Source: Promethearchaeota archaeon (lineage in GTDB: Archaea; Asgardarchaeota; Hermodarchaeia; Hermodarchaeales; Hermodarchaeaceae). Taken from it: 32,000 bases of DNA. Shown here in pieces: positions 7,185 through 15,616 of the stretch. The notes under the pieces are model-generated. The model was not told the DNA's origin, made no database searches, and worked only from the letters and a program-made list of their open reading frames with translations. Numbering within the stretch: the first letter of the stretch is position 1; the number at the start of each line of letters is the position of its first letter. The position numbers and the translations under genes were made by a program. Location: NCBI GenBank assembly GCA_048938295.1, contig JBHLMI010000002.1, forward strand, positions 1-32,000. The letters are read 5' to 3'.

Positions 7185-9224
7185 TCAGTCAGCTCCTAAT
7201 TCCTTCTTAACCTTGCGCGGTTTACGAACTCGAGATTGGTTCGCCTTGGGAAGTAACACTTGTAATAAGGTCCCATATTGTGGATCATCGATTACGATAT
7301 TTGTGACCCTGAATTTACCTCGATAATATTCGACTAAGGCAGGAACCAGAAGGAGATTGGGATTTGCTTTTTGTGGCTGTTCAACATCTTCTCGGAATAA
7401 GAGGACTTTTTCCAGATCGGAGAGAACCCATTTTGGATGGGAAATTTCCACCTGCCAATACTCGATTCCTAACTCAGTGACTTCTGAGAAGGTTACACCT
7501 ATGGTGGTTGAACCTCCACCGACTTGAGTCATGACTAACTGGAAGAGAGGTCGAAAGATTTGTGTAACATACTCATTCACCAAAACGAATGCCTTACTCC
7601 CGGGAAGGGAAAGTGAGATTTGACTAACGGATTCGGGGAAGAGTGTGTGTAATTCATTGATGATTTGAGTAATCACAGACCCCAAATCGGTTCGGCTAAA
7701 CTCAGGTAATGCCTGAATATCGACGAGCCGCAGCAATTGGACGCTTTGGAGAATATTTTGAATTTTGTTTATTTCGGAATGTATCAGGTTCAGGACCTCC
7801 AATCGTTCCTCTGGATTGGATGTGCTCTGACCAACTTCGCTGAGGCTTAGAATGGATTGCAGCCCACTTGTGATCGAGTTATTGAGAATGCCCAGATAAT
7901 AGTCAAGTTTGACTAACTGGGATTTAGAAGGAGCTTGAGGACGCCTTTCAATAACTGTGAATCGGCGTAGCTCTGTACGTACACGACTTAATACATTAAG
8001 GATGTTTGTGAAATTATCTGAAATCCCCTGAAGTTCCGTGAAAACCAAACCAGCCGGCTCCTGGTATGAAATCAATCCTGGCTCCGTGACCGCACTGGTT
8101 TCTATTTCAAGCTGTTCTAGAGGCTGATAAATCAACCGAGCAAAGAAGTACCCAATTCCTCCAACTATTAGTCCAACTATTACGAATCCAATGAGTAACC
8201 CGATGCCAATGCTTTGCAACGCGAACATGGCATCCATGGGGCTTAAAAAAACCAAAAGCACATGACTAGTCAAAGAAACCGTTATAGTGGCGATGAGTGT
8301 CATCACCACGAGCAAAGAAAGGAGTAAGAGAACCCGAGTGATATCTTCGTATTTCACAGACATGGGACGAATGGTGGCCATGTTCTCGAGAGTCTTTCCA
8401 AAAATAGTCAATACTGAAATGAGAAAGAAAAAGATGGCGAAGAGTGTGACCGAATCCGATAGCGACCCGGCATAATAGAAGACTGAAACTGCTTGCCAGC
8501 TCATGGCATACTGGTAAGCAAAGGCGGTATAGCCAAGGATGAGGAAAAGACTAGAAACCACTAGCATCAAGCGGCTGAATCGGCTAATGACCTCTTGTGA
8601 TGGATCCGTGTTGAAGTAAAAAGCCCAAGCAAAGATGGCAGTAAAGAAACCAAGAAGGATTCGCACGCCTGTTCCAATAGCTGGAAGGATTGGCGGTTCG
8701 AAGATGAGATTCATCTGATAAGTCGACAAGATGCACGCTGCAAAGAAGAAGGTGATTAGTAGGTAGCCGGTGATTTGCTGTTTGGACCGCCTACGCTGTT
8801 CAACTGAAACCACGATGAATCCCACAAGTAGGATCAGATTTGCTATGATAGTGATATAGGCCGAGACGTTTGGGTACATGATTGGAAAGCCAAAAAAGAC
8901 GGTTTCAATTAGAAGCCAATAATGTGCCAGGGCACCCAAGAAACTCGCCCCGGCTACAATAAAGACCAATCGTCTAGCAGCCTGATTATGAAATCCTCGA
9001 AGAGCCAAGCATACTCCAAAAATCGTCAAGAATACCATGATGTAGGCATTGATGAGATAGACCCCAGCAATTTGGGGTGTAAAGAATCCAATGACAAGTG
9101 GAAGCACCGCGAGAAGGAATGCAATTGGTGTTGCAATCGCTACGAGTTTTTGGTTATAGCTTCGAAACCAGCGACTGCCTTGAAGCTTTTCTAACACCAC
9201 ACCCGCACTTCCAGACCAAAACAA
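7185..9224 (-). CDS. Multi-pass membrane sensor with HAMP-like linker and degenerate HisKA/HATPase_c (pseudo-histidine kinase)
   Basis: About 9-10 hydrophobic segments, then 'IYQPLEQLE' (HAMP-like) and a C-terminus that follows the HK layout to ...GKFRVTNIVIDDPQYGTLLQVLLPK. H-box LDYYLGILNN has no His; N, G1 and G2 boxes are lost. Start uncertain (TTG 9224 or a nearby downstream GTG). Confidence 0.7.
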   Translation of the reverse strand: MFWSGSAGVVLEKLQGSRWFRSYNQKLVAIATPIAFLLAVLPLVIGFFTPQIAGVYLINAYIMVFLTIFGVCLALRGFHNQAARRLVFIVAGASFLGALAHYWLLIETVFFGFPIMYPNVSAYITIIANLILLVGFIVVSVEQRRRSKQQITGYLLITFFFAACILSTYQMNLIFEPPILPAIGTGVRILLGFFTAIFAWAFYFNTDPSQEVISRFSRLMLVVSSLFLILGYTAFAYQYAMSWQAVSVFYYAGSLSDSVTLFAIFFFLISVLTIFGKTLENMATIRPMSVKYEDITRVLLLLSLLVVMTLIATITVSLTSHVLLVFLSPMDAMFALQSIGIGLLIGFVIVGLIVGGIGYFFARLIYQPLEQLEIETSAVTEPGLISYQEPAGLVFTELQGISDNFTNILNVLSRVRTELRRFTVIERRPQAPSKSQLVKLDYYLGILNNSITSGLQSILSLSEVGQSTSNPEERLEVLNLIHSEINKIQNILQSVQLLRLVDIQALPEFSRTDLGSVITQIINELHTLFPESVSQISLSLPGSKAFVLVNEYVTQIFRPLFQLVMTQVGGGSTTIGVTFSEVTELGIEYWQVEISHPKWVLSDLEKVLLFREDVEQPQKANPNLLLVPALVEYYRGKFRVTNIVIDDPQYGTLLQVLLPKANQSRVRKPRKVKKELGAD

Positions 9225-9321
9225 TAGAAAGGAGGAACGAATCTCAAGCTAAAAAGGTTTTTACCTCAGGGTAAGTGGGCGTGAAGAAAAAGAGGATAAA
9301 ACCTAGCGATTGAGAAGAGGG

Positions 9322-10530
9322 CTAGTTTTCTGTAGGATTTAGGGAACAGACTTCCAAGAGAGTTTGCTGGAACTTGTCTAAGGTTTGCTGGAAGTCATCA
9401 CGGACTTCAAGGTATAAATGATTGCGTTGCAGTTCCATGGTGTACAAAATTTGGACTAACTCACTTTGAAGAAAATTAGCAATTTCCCGATAAGCATCGA
9501 CTAGAGTAAGCATCTGTTGGGAATATGCGCTATACTCTAAGAATAAGGAATACGCCTGCGAAACGCCTAGGAGCATACCCTGACAATCCCGGATGTGCGA
9601 TTCATAAGTCTTCAAGGACGCTCCCTGACGTATCCTGTCCCGCATCTCTAGTAATTCTAGATGCGAGCCTTCAAAGATGCTCGAAAATAATGTGGTGTGA
9701 TGGCGTTCATAGATCCACCGGGTGCGATTCGAAAGGCTGACATGCTCTTTAAAGAGTTCGTGGACAGCCTTGAAGGAAGTAATCTTTTGGTCAAATTCTT
9801 CCAGTTCTGCTGTACCAAAATATCCTGCTGACTCGGTAAGAATGAATGCAGGATGGTTCTGTGCATCCGTGACAAAGAACTCGACCGCTTCCACTATGTG
9901 GTTTACCTTTTTGTTCAAATCTTCATTAGCTAATGCTGTTTCCACTTTTGCATATCCATCTAGTCGTAGCTGTATCGATTCATCTGATGTTGCATACTGG
10001 AGTACATCACAAAAACGTTGCATGCTTTCACTGTAGGTTTGCTCCACGGCTTCCATCAGTTTTGGCAGGTAGTCAGCTAATCGCTTGATATTGCGTTCTA
10101 CAGCTTGAAATTCATCGAGAAACTGGCGAAGAAACCAATCTACACCCTTTTGATCTAAATCATTGATCTGAATCTTTACCCGTGGGTCACTAGATGCACG
10201 AACCATTTCAGCGAACATGCGGTGGTCAGTTATTCCGATAGATGCAAAGAGCGTTTCCATACTTCGACGAACGCTCCGATAATAAGCATAATAAATTAAT
10301 AAATTATCGACATATTCGTCAATGTATCCGATTAATGCGTTTGTATCTACTAAATGATGTTTGAGCTCAGGAGATTTTTCCTGAAAATACCGGATGAGCC
10401 GTTGATTGGCGTGTTCTTCAATTACTCTGGTTCGTTCATCATACTTCTCACTTAGGGTCAGATATTGCTCGAGGAGTTCCCAGATTAGTGCGGGTGTTTT
10501 AATTCCTGAATCTGAAGCATTTTCATTCAT
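9322..10530 (-). CDS. Hypothetical all-alpha / coiled-coil-rich protein (402 aa)
   Basis: Long open frame with amphipathic heptad-like periodicity, few Pro/Gly and no TM segment; starts 37 nt downstream of the Rab stop. Confidence 0.75.
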   Translation of the reverse strand: MNENASDSGIKTPALIWELLEQYLTLSEKYDERTRVIEEHANQRLIRYFQEKSPELKHHLVDTNALIGYIDEYVDNLLIYYAYYRSVRRSMETLFASIGITDHRMFAEMVRASSDPRVKIQINDLDQKGVDWFLRQFLDEFQAVERNIKRLADYLPKLMEAVEQTYSESMQRFCDVLQYATSDESIQLRLDGYAKVETALANEDLNKKVNHIVEAVEFFVTDAQNHPAFILTESAGYFGTAELEEFDQKITSFKAVHELFKEHVSLSNRTRWIYERHHTTLFSSIFEGSHLELLEMRDRIRQGASLKTYESHIRDCQGMLLGVSQAYSLFLEYSAYSQQMLTLVDAYREIANFLQSELVQILYTMELQRNHLYLEVRDDFQQTLDKFQQTLLEVCSLNPTEN

Positions 10531-10567
10531 CAGGCTTCGACCTGGGCGTTAATGACATATGTTCCTG

Positions 10568-11116
10568 CTATTCCTTTGACCCTTCTTTGGCAAGTTCATT
10601 AGAAAGAATAAGTTCTGCAAGCTTGTGAAAGACCTCATTGACGCCGTAATCAGTTTTCGCACTGGTTTCAAAATATTGCATTCCTTTTTGAGATGCATAA
10701 ACACGCAGTTCATCTGTAGTAATGACCCTGGACTCGAGCAGGTCAATTTTATTCCCTACCAAGACGATTGGCACATCTGGACCTGAAAACTTGTGAATTT
10801 GTTCTAGCCATTTATCAACATTAACAAAGCTTTGTCGCACGGTGATGTCAAAGACCAAAAGGGCTCCTCTCGCACCTCGGTAGTAGATGGGCCTAACGCC
10901 TGCGTACCGCTCTTGTCCTGCTGTATCCCATGCTTGGAGCTTAACAATATAGTTGTTTAGGGGTAGGGATTTAACAATGAAATCAACGCCGAGAGTTGAA
11001 ATGTAGCCATCGGTAAATGTTCCATAAGCGAACCGTGTCGTGAGACTGGTTTTACCGACTTCAGCGTCACCAACGAGTACTACTTTGAATAGATAATCAA
11101 ATGCATCGTGTGACAT
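10568..11116 (-). CDS. Rab-like small GTPase (Ras superfamily)
   Basis: G1 GDAEVGKT, G2/RabF1 TLGVDF, RabF2 KLQAW, G3 WDTAGQE, RabF4 YYRGA, RabF5 LVFDIT, G4 NKID, G5 ETSAK; no C-terminal cysteines. Confidence 0.95.
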   Translation of the reverse strand: MSHDAFDYLFKVVLVGDAEVGKTSLTTRFAYGTFTDGYISTLGVDFIVKSLPLNNYIVKLQAWDTAGQERYAGVRPIYYRGARGALLVFDITVRQSFVNVDKWLEQIHKFSGPDVPIVLVGNKIDLLESRVITTDELRVYASQKGMQYFETSAKTDYGVNEVFHKLAELILSNELAKEGSKE

Positions 11117-11167
11117 GGGCTGGTCCCGGCAGCAGGTTTTTCTACTTCTAATTCAGTGGAAGTGTCA

Positions 11168-11174
11168 CTTAAAG
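11168..11174 (-). promoter_or_regulatory. Candidate TATA box for the Rab gene
   Basis: CTTTAAG on the minus strand about 52 nt upstream of ATG 11116. Confidence 0.45.
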
Positions 11175-11232
11175 ATATGTGTCTCTAAGCAGTTTAGGTG
11201 GATTCTTGCAAAATTCTGTTTGAAAAGAATCA

Positions 11233-12393
11233 TTAGGGAGGTAGGTACTCATATCCACGGTACCCTTTACGTCGCTGTATTTTTTGCATGTCATATAATT
11301 TTTTGAGCTCATTGGACGCAGTGCCTTTCGTGATGCCAATTTCTTCAGCTACGACTGCTGATGTGACTCGTTTCAGTTCTTTTGTTATGGTTATAATTTC
11401 CCGTTGAGTGGCGGTGAGTTCATCGAACTCTTCGAACCAAATCTCGTCTTCCTCTTCTGGACTCGTTTCAATAAATCGTGTCTGATCTATAGTACTGGGT
11501 GCTAGCGTGGTAACCGGTGGTGGACTGGGTCGCTGTTTGATGACTTGTTGCACAAATTCCCGCGTGATGCGGTCTCCGGCAGGTGTATCGTCTTGAAAGG
11601 CTAGAGAGATTATATTTTCACAGAATCGTAAAGTACTGCGTGGAAAACCACGAGTATGGAGATGAATTTCTTCAATAGCCTCAGCGTTGAAGGGCGTCAG
11701 TCCTTTTCCACCAAAATGCTGGATGCGTTCGCGGATGAGCTGCTCTGTTTCTTTGGCTGTTAGGATTTCGATGCCTTCAGGACCTTCGGTCTCTAAGGCG
11801 AATTCTAATGTGACTCGTTCCGCTATCGGTGGAAAGATACTTGTTAGAGCTCTAGAGAATCCAGTTAGGCCAGCCATGAATACTACAACGGCAGGTAAAT
11901 CGCTCAGAACCCGTAACCATCGGACGGTTTTCCGCTTCTCCGTTTCGATGGTCTCTGAATCGTCATGTGTCAATGCAAGTGACTGACTATCATCAATTAG
12001 CAGGACGATCCGTTGGTTACTTTGTTGGTGGAACTCATGAACCTTAGCTGCCATTGCATCGACGAGCGTGGGAACGATTTTATTTTTTGCCATGAAGTGG
12101 TGATTCATCAGTGAAATCAATGCGTTGCTTAATATCGATGAGTTCAAGGGTTCAGAAATGAGAAGAGGAATCATACCCTTGGATTTCGCCAGAGAATCAT
12201 TTAACCACCGCAGTATGTGGGTTTTCCCGGTTCCACGGCCTCCTTCGATGAGAATGATGTTGCCGGTTCGCAGTTGAATTGTCAAGGGAGTGAGTAATCG
12301 TTTTTGCCCAGCGAAGACTTCGGGCAGAACATCAATACGAAATGGAAAATCCGACCAGCCTAGACTCTTCAATCGCTCGTCGAAAGCGAACAT
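11233..12393 (-). CDS. ExeA/GspA-like AAA ATPase with C-terminal winged HTH
   Basis: N-terminal LGWSDFPF, Walker A GGRGTGKT, Walker B LLIDDSQ, AERV (Arg finger), TRGFPR lid motif; C-terminal LTATQREII...VAEEIGITKGTASNELKKLYDMQKIQR wHTH. SD AGGTGA upstream. Confidence 0.8.
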   Translation of the reverse strand: MFAFDERLKSLGWSDFPFRIDVLPEVFAGQKRLLTPLTIQLRTGNIILIEGGRGTGKTHILRWLNDSLAKSKGMIPLLISEPLNSSILSNALISLMNHHFMAKNKIVPTLVDAMAAKVHEFHQQSNQRIVLLIDDSQSLALTHDDSETIETEKRKTVRWLRVLSDLPAVVVFMAGLTGFSRALTSIFPPIAERVTLEFALETEGPEGIEILTAKETEQLIRERIQHFGGKGLTPFNAEAIEEIHLHTRGFPRSTLRFCENIISLAFQDDTPAGDRITREFVQQVIKQRPSPPPVTTLAPSTIDQTRFIETSPEEEDEIWFEEFDELTATQREIITITKELKRVTSAVVAEEIGITKGTASNELKKLYDMQKIQRRKGYRGYEYLPP

Positions 12394-12467
12394 CTTTCAT
12401 CACCTGTAGTGGAAGGTTTTTTTCATTCTGATTGTTTGTTTACACGCTTCTCCCAGATACTTTTCAG

Positions 12468-12749
12468 CTATGCATCAGATGAGACACCGTCACCCATTCG
12501 GCCCAAGAAATTGTTGTAGGCAAAGGGACAGACGACTTCGATGCCACCAGTAGGATCAAAGATAACCATCTCCTTTCCGATAGGGCAGAAGAGAGCACAG
12601 TAGCCACCATCTACCAGGTGTCCATTACGTTGACACTCGAAGGTCCTAGCAGTGGGGGTAATTAGTTCCAGGACTGTGGTCGAATCAAATTGTGTAACTG
12701 CTTCTTGGAGTCGTAATTTGGGTTGAAGCGCTTTGGCTTTATCACTCAC
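12468..12749 (-). CDS. Small Cys-containing hypothetical protein (93 aa), possibly metal-binding
   Basis: GTG start overlaps the upstream TGA (GTGA), indicating translational coupling; C-x11-C-x3-CP-x17-C plus His. Confidence 0.65.
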   Translation of the reverse strand: MSDKAKALQPKLRLQEAVTQFDSTTVLELITPTARTFECQRNGHLVDGGYCALFCPIGKEMVIFDPTGGIEVVCPFAYNNFLGRMGDGVSSDA

Positions 12750-12949
12750 GCATTCCTCACTCCTCTATTTCGTTTGGCCAGTGATTCATCTTCGCGTAGT
12801 TGTGCAATCGTTCGAGCAATCCGAACACGCAGCGTCGCCGTCACCAAAGGCATTGCCTCCTTGAGCTGCTCCTCTATGCTGGGAGCTTGGAGACGGGCCA
12901 TCGCGTCCGGATGAGCTCTCCCAGACGCTGACGCTTTTTCGGTTGCCAT
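12746..12949 (-). CDS. Small basic helical hypothetical protein (67 aa)
   Basis: SD GAGGT upstream of ATG, TATA at 13005-13011, and 4-nt overlap with the next gene. Confidence 0.6.
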   Translation of the reverse strand: MATEKASASGRAHPDAMARLQAPSIEEQLKEAMPLVTATLRVRIARTIAQLREDESLAKRNRGVRNA

Positions 12950-13004
12950 CGCTCACGTTACCTCATTGAGTTTCATTGATAGTCATTCATCTTCATTTCA
13001 CCGC

Positions 13005-13011
13005 ATATAAA
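13005..13011 (-). promoter_or_regulatory. TATA box of the 67aa-93aa-AAA unit
   Basis: CGAAGC-TTTATAT on the minus strand about 56 nt upstream of ATG 12949. Confidence 0.55.
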
Positions 13012-13296
13012 GCTTCGCATGTTTTCTCCACGTCGTCTATGCGGTTTAGAAAAGCACATAATGAAGATCAGGAAGGAAAATTTCTGCTCCAGTACAAATA
13101 GGACATAGAAGAGAATTCCATAAAAAAGCCTTGAAACGGTTATTTTTTGAAAAATAAAATTAAGTCGGTCATTATATAATCGAAATGAACATTAAAACGC
13201 CCAGAATAGTAGCTGTTTACTGGCGCGTCTTGGCTTCGATCTCGTTAGTGAAAGACAATGCGCGCCATTCCAGTTCGATTATAAAATTCCGAAGGC

Positions 13297-14346
13297 TCAG
13301 TCATTTTCGCCTTCAGGAATTGTTTCCATATCAGGTTCTGTTGGATGTGCAAGAATGGATTCCTGAGAGAGATAAGTGAGAAGACGGAACCGTTCAGAGT
13401 CGAGGTGAAGGAGGATTCGTAGGTGTTCCAGGGTGAAATGCGGGGCACTTCGACGGAAGTCAAGGAAATTGGTTAATTGGGCGCGGAGGGTATCCAGCTG
13501 AAGCTCAAGCAGCTTAGCTTGGAGTGCGGGATCATCTTTGGCTAACTCTAAGGCTTGTTTTGCTAAGTCCATTCCTGGTTGGTTGAAGGGTGCGATGAAA
13601 ACGGGTGATTTCTTTGTGAGATTTACGAACAGGTAGTGTTCAAGGTTTTCAGGGGTGGTAAGGCTGCGGTAGACCTTTTCGGAAACACCGAGAAGTGTGG
13701 GACGTTTACGTCGTTGATCTATCCGGCTTTCAAGAATCCCCTGAGCAGTCTCAAGATCCGTGATTCCTGGCATGTTAGGAACAGTAAATGGGAGCACGTT
13801 ATCGATGGCTTCGCTGAGTTCTTCGAATTTCTTTTTCTTGGCTCCGGTAATGATGATGGCGTTTCCTACGAGGATATTGAGGAGCACTATGTCTAGTGTG
13901 TCTTCGAATACCTCAAGAATGTATTCAGTGGATGAAATCCGGCGTTGGGCGACTTGGGAGCGCTCGTTATGGGCGATGAGGGCTTCATTAATGATCGGTA
14001 GGAAACTTTGGAAGGGTTTCACATCTCCATTCCATTTTTTGATTAGCGATTCATATTGAGCATAGAAGAGGACGTTCAGGCTGTGTAGTACGGCTTGAAC
14101 TTCTAGTTCGTCGGCGTTTCCATCAGCGAGACCCACAGTGATTAGCGGGTCATAGACATCATAGTGGAAGCGGTATTCACCAGCGCCGATGGTGGAAATT
14201 TCTTCTGAGATAGCTTCATGGCCAAATTCACGGATTGCAGTGAGGAGCCCTGTGAGAAGTGTTTGTTCTAGCTTCACCACAGGTGAGGTGTGGGAGACAA
14301 GGGTTTCGCCGGATCCTAGGAAAATGAATACCGAGTGCATTGTCAT
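13297..14346 (-). CDS. Longin-domain protein with DENN/folliculin-like C-terminal region
   Basis: N-terminal ~125 aa fits the Asgard longin pattern (GETLVS...LLTGLLTAIREFGHE...LFYAQY...WNGDVKPF..F..II). It is followed by LDIVLLNILVGNAIIITG...LSEAIDNVLPF, PTLLGVS and YLFVNL, resembling cDENN core motifs. Longin call is strong; DENN call is moderate. Confidence 0.75.
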   Translation of the reverse strand: MTMHSVFIFLGSGETLVSHTSPVVKLEQTLLTGLLTAIREFGHEAISEEISTIGAGEYRFHYDVYDPLITVGLADGNADELEVQAVLHSLNVLFYAQYESLIKKWNGDVKPFQSFLPIINEALIAHNERSQVAQRRISSTEYILEVFEDTLDIVLLNILVGNAIIITGAKKKKFEELSEAIDNVLPFTVPNMPGITDLETAQGILESRIDQRRKRPTLLGVSEKVYRSLTTPENLEHYLFVNLTKKSPVFIAPFNQPGMDLAKQALELAKDDPALQAKLLELQLDTLRAQLTNFLDFRRSAPHFTLEHLRILLHLDSERFRLLTYLSQESILAHPTEPDMETIPEGEND

Positions 14347-14535
14347 AGAATCTACCGCCCAAATGCCAAGTTCCCTTCTGTATGCTGGGAGTTTAGCCTT
14401 TGTCTGAAGGCAATTAAAGGTTTCTACGATTGGAGAGACGCATTTTCAATACATAAGGGAAATGGTCACTAATCTTAAATCAAACATCAGTATGAAACAC
14501 CACAATAGAGTCATGCAAATTCTGGTGATACAAAA

Positions 14536-15603
14536 ATGTCTGACGAGGTACTTCGCACCACCCTACGAAAGTTATCCGAAGCGGTTGGTGTCTCGGGTTT
14601 TGAAGCTGATGCACGTGATGTCATTCATAAGGAGATAGAATCTCTTGTGGACGAAGTGTGGGTTGATCCTCTGGGGAATCTCCTTGCGATTCGTAAGGGT
14701 AAACAGGAGAACCCACGCATTTTACTTGATGCACACACAGATGAGATTGGGTTTATGGTTAGCTATATCCATGAGCAAGGGTTTCTACGATTTACACCAA
14801 TTGGCGGTTGGGATCCGCGAATTCTGCCTGGTCATCGTGCGATTATTAGACCACTGGGAACTAAGCCTTCAGTTCAGGTGTTCGGAGTCATTGGGGCAAC
14901 ACCACCTCATCTGACAACCGCGAAACAGCGAGAAACAGTGATAGCCATCGATGACCTCTACGTCGATATTGGCGTATCTTCTGAAAAAGCCGTTAAAGCA
15001 GTGGGTATTCGAGTCGGCACTCCATTGACTATCTGGCAACCCTTCATTGAACTGCCCGATGATTCTGTTTCTGGCAAAGCCTTCGATGATCGCGTGGGTT
15101 GTTTAGTCATCATTGAAGTCTTAAGACGATTAGCGAAAGCCCGAGATCATACAGCTACAATTGCTGTGAATTTCGCAGTTTGCGAAGAAGTCGGAGCCCG
15201 TGGGGCCCAAACGGGAGCTTACACCCTAGCACCTGATGTTGCACTTGCCCTTGAGTGTACATCAGCAGGTGACATGCCTGGAATTCCAAAACACAAATCC
15301 CCCACCGCCTTAGGAAAAGGACCCGCGCTTACCGTCGCAGACCGTACTCTCATCGCTCACCCCAAGGTCCTTGAATCATTGGAAAAAATTGCGAATAGTT
15401 TGAAGATTCCTTACCAATATAAACAGCCCTTGGGTGGCGGCACCGATGGAGGTCCGATTTCTCAGAGTAAGCAAGGAGTACCAACGGGTGTGGTTTCTGT
15501 ACCGTGCCGATACATTCATTCCGCCATTTCCCTACTCCAATTGAGTGACATCAAAGCCACCATTGATTTAGTTCATGGCTTTACACAAAAATGGAAAAAA
15601 TAG
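14536..15603 (+). CDS. M42-family (TET-like) aminopeptidase
   Basis: DAHTDEIG, GKAFDDRVG, EEVGARGA, GGGTDG, RYIHS. Confidence 0.92.
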   Translation: MSDEVLRTTLRKLSEAVGVSGFEADARDVIHKEIESLVDEVWVDPLGNLLAIRKGKQENPRILLDAHTDEIGFMVSYIHEQGFLRFTPIGGWDPRILPGHRAIIRPLGTKPSVQVFGVIGATPPHLTTAKQRETVIAIDDLYVDIGVSSEKAVKAVGIRVGTPLTIWQPFIELPDDSVSGKAFDDRVGCLVIIEVLRRLAKARDHTATIAVNFAVCEEVGARGAQTGAYTLAPDVALALECTSAGDMPGIPKHKSPTALGKGPALTVADRTLIAHPKVLESLEKIANSLKIPYQYKQPLGGGTDGGPISQSKQGVPTGVVSVPCRYIHSAISLLQLSDIKATIDLVHGFTQKWKK

Positions 15604-15616
15604 GAGGTACAATAGG

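Noticed and set aside
12953-12996. Tiny upstream ORFs MKMNDYQ* and MKLNEVT* before the 67-aa gene
   Set aside because: They arise from an ATGA-rich stretch around the expected TSS; the second simply spans the SD. No evidence of function.
11233-13296. AAA-wHTH as Cdc6/Orc1 with an adjacent replication origin in the AT-rich 12950-13296 gap
   Set aside because: Motifs fit ExeA-like ATPases better, and no repeated ORB-like elements are visible; only a 10-bp ATTATATAAT palindrome (13171-13180).
2618-14525. TGCAAA(A)TTCTG-like word in three intergenic regions (2618-2630, 11207-11218, 14513-14525)
   Set aside because: Short and AT-rich, with inconsistent position and orientation relative to promoters; plausible by chance.
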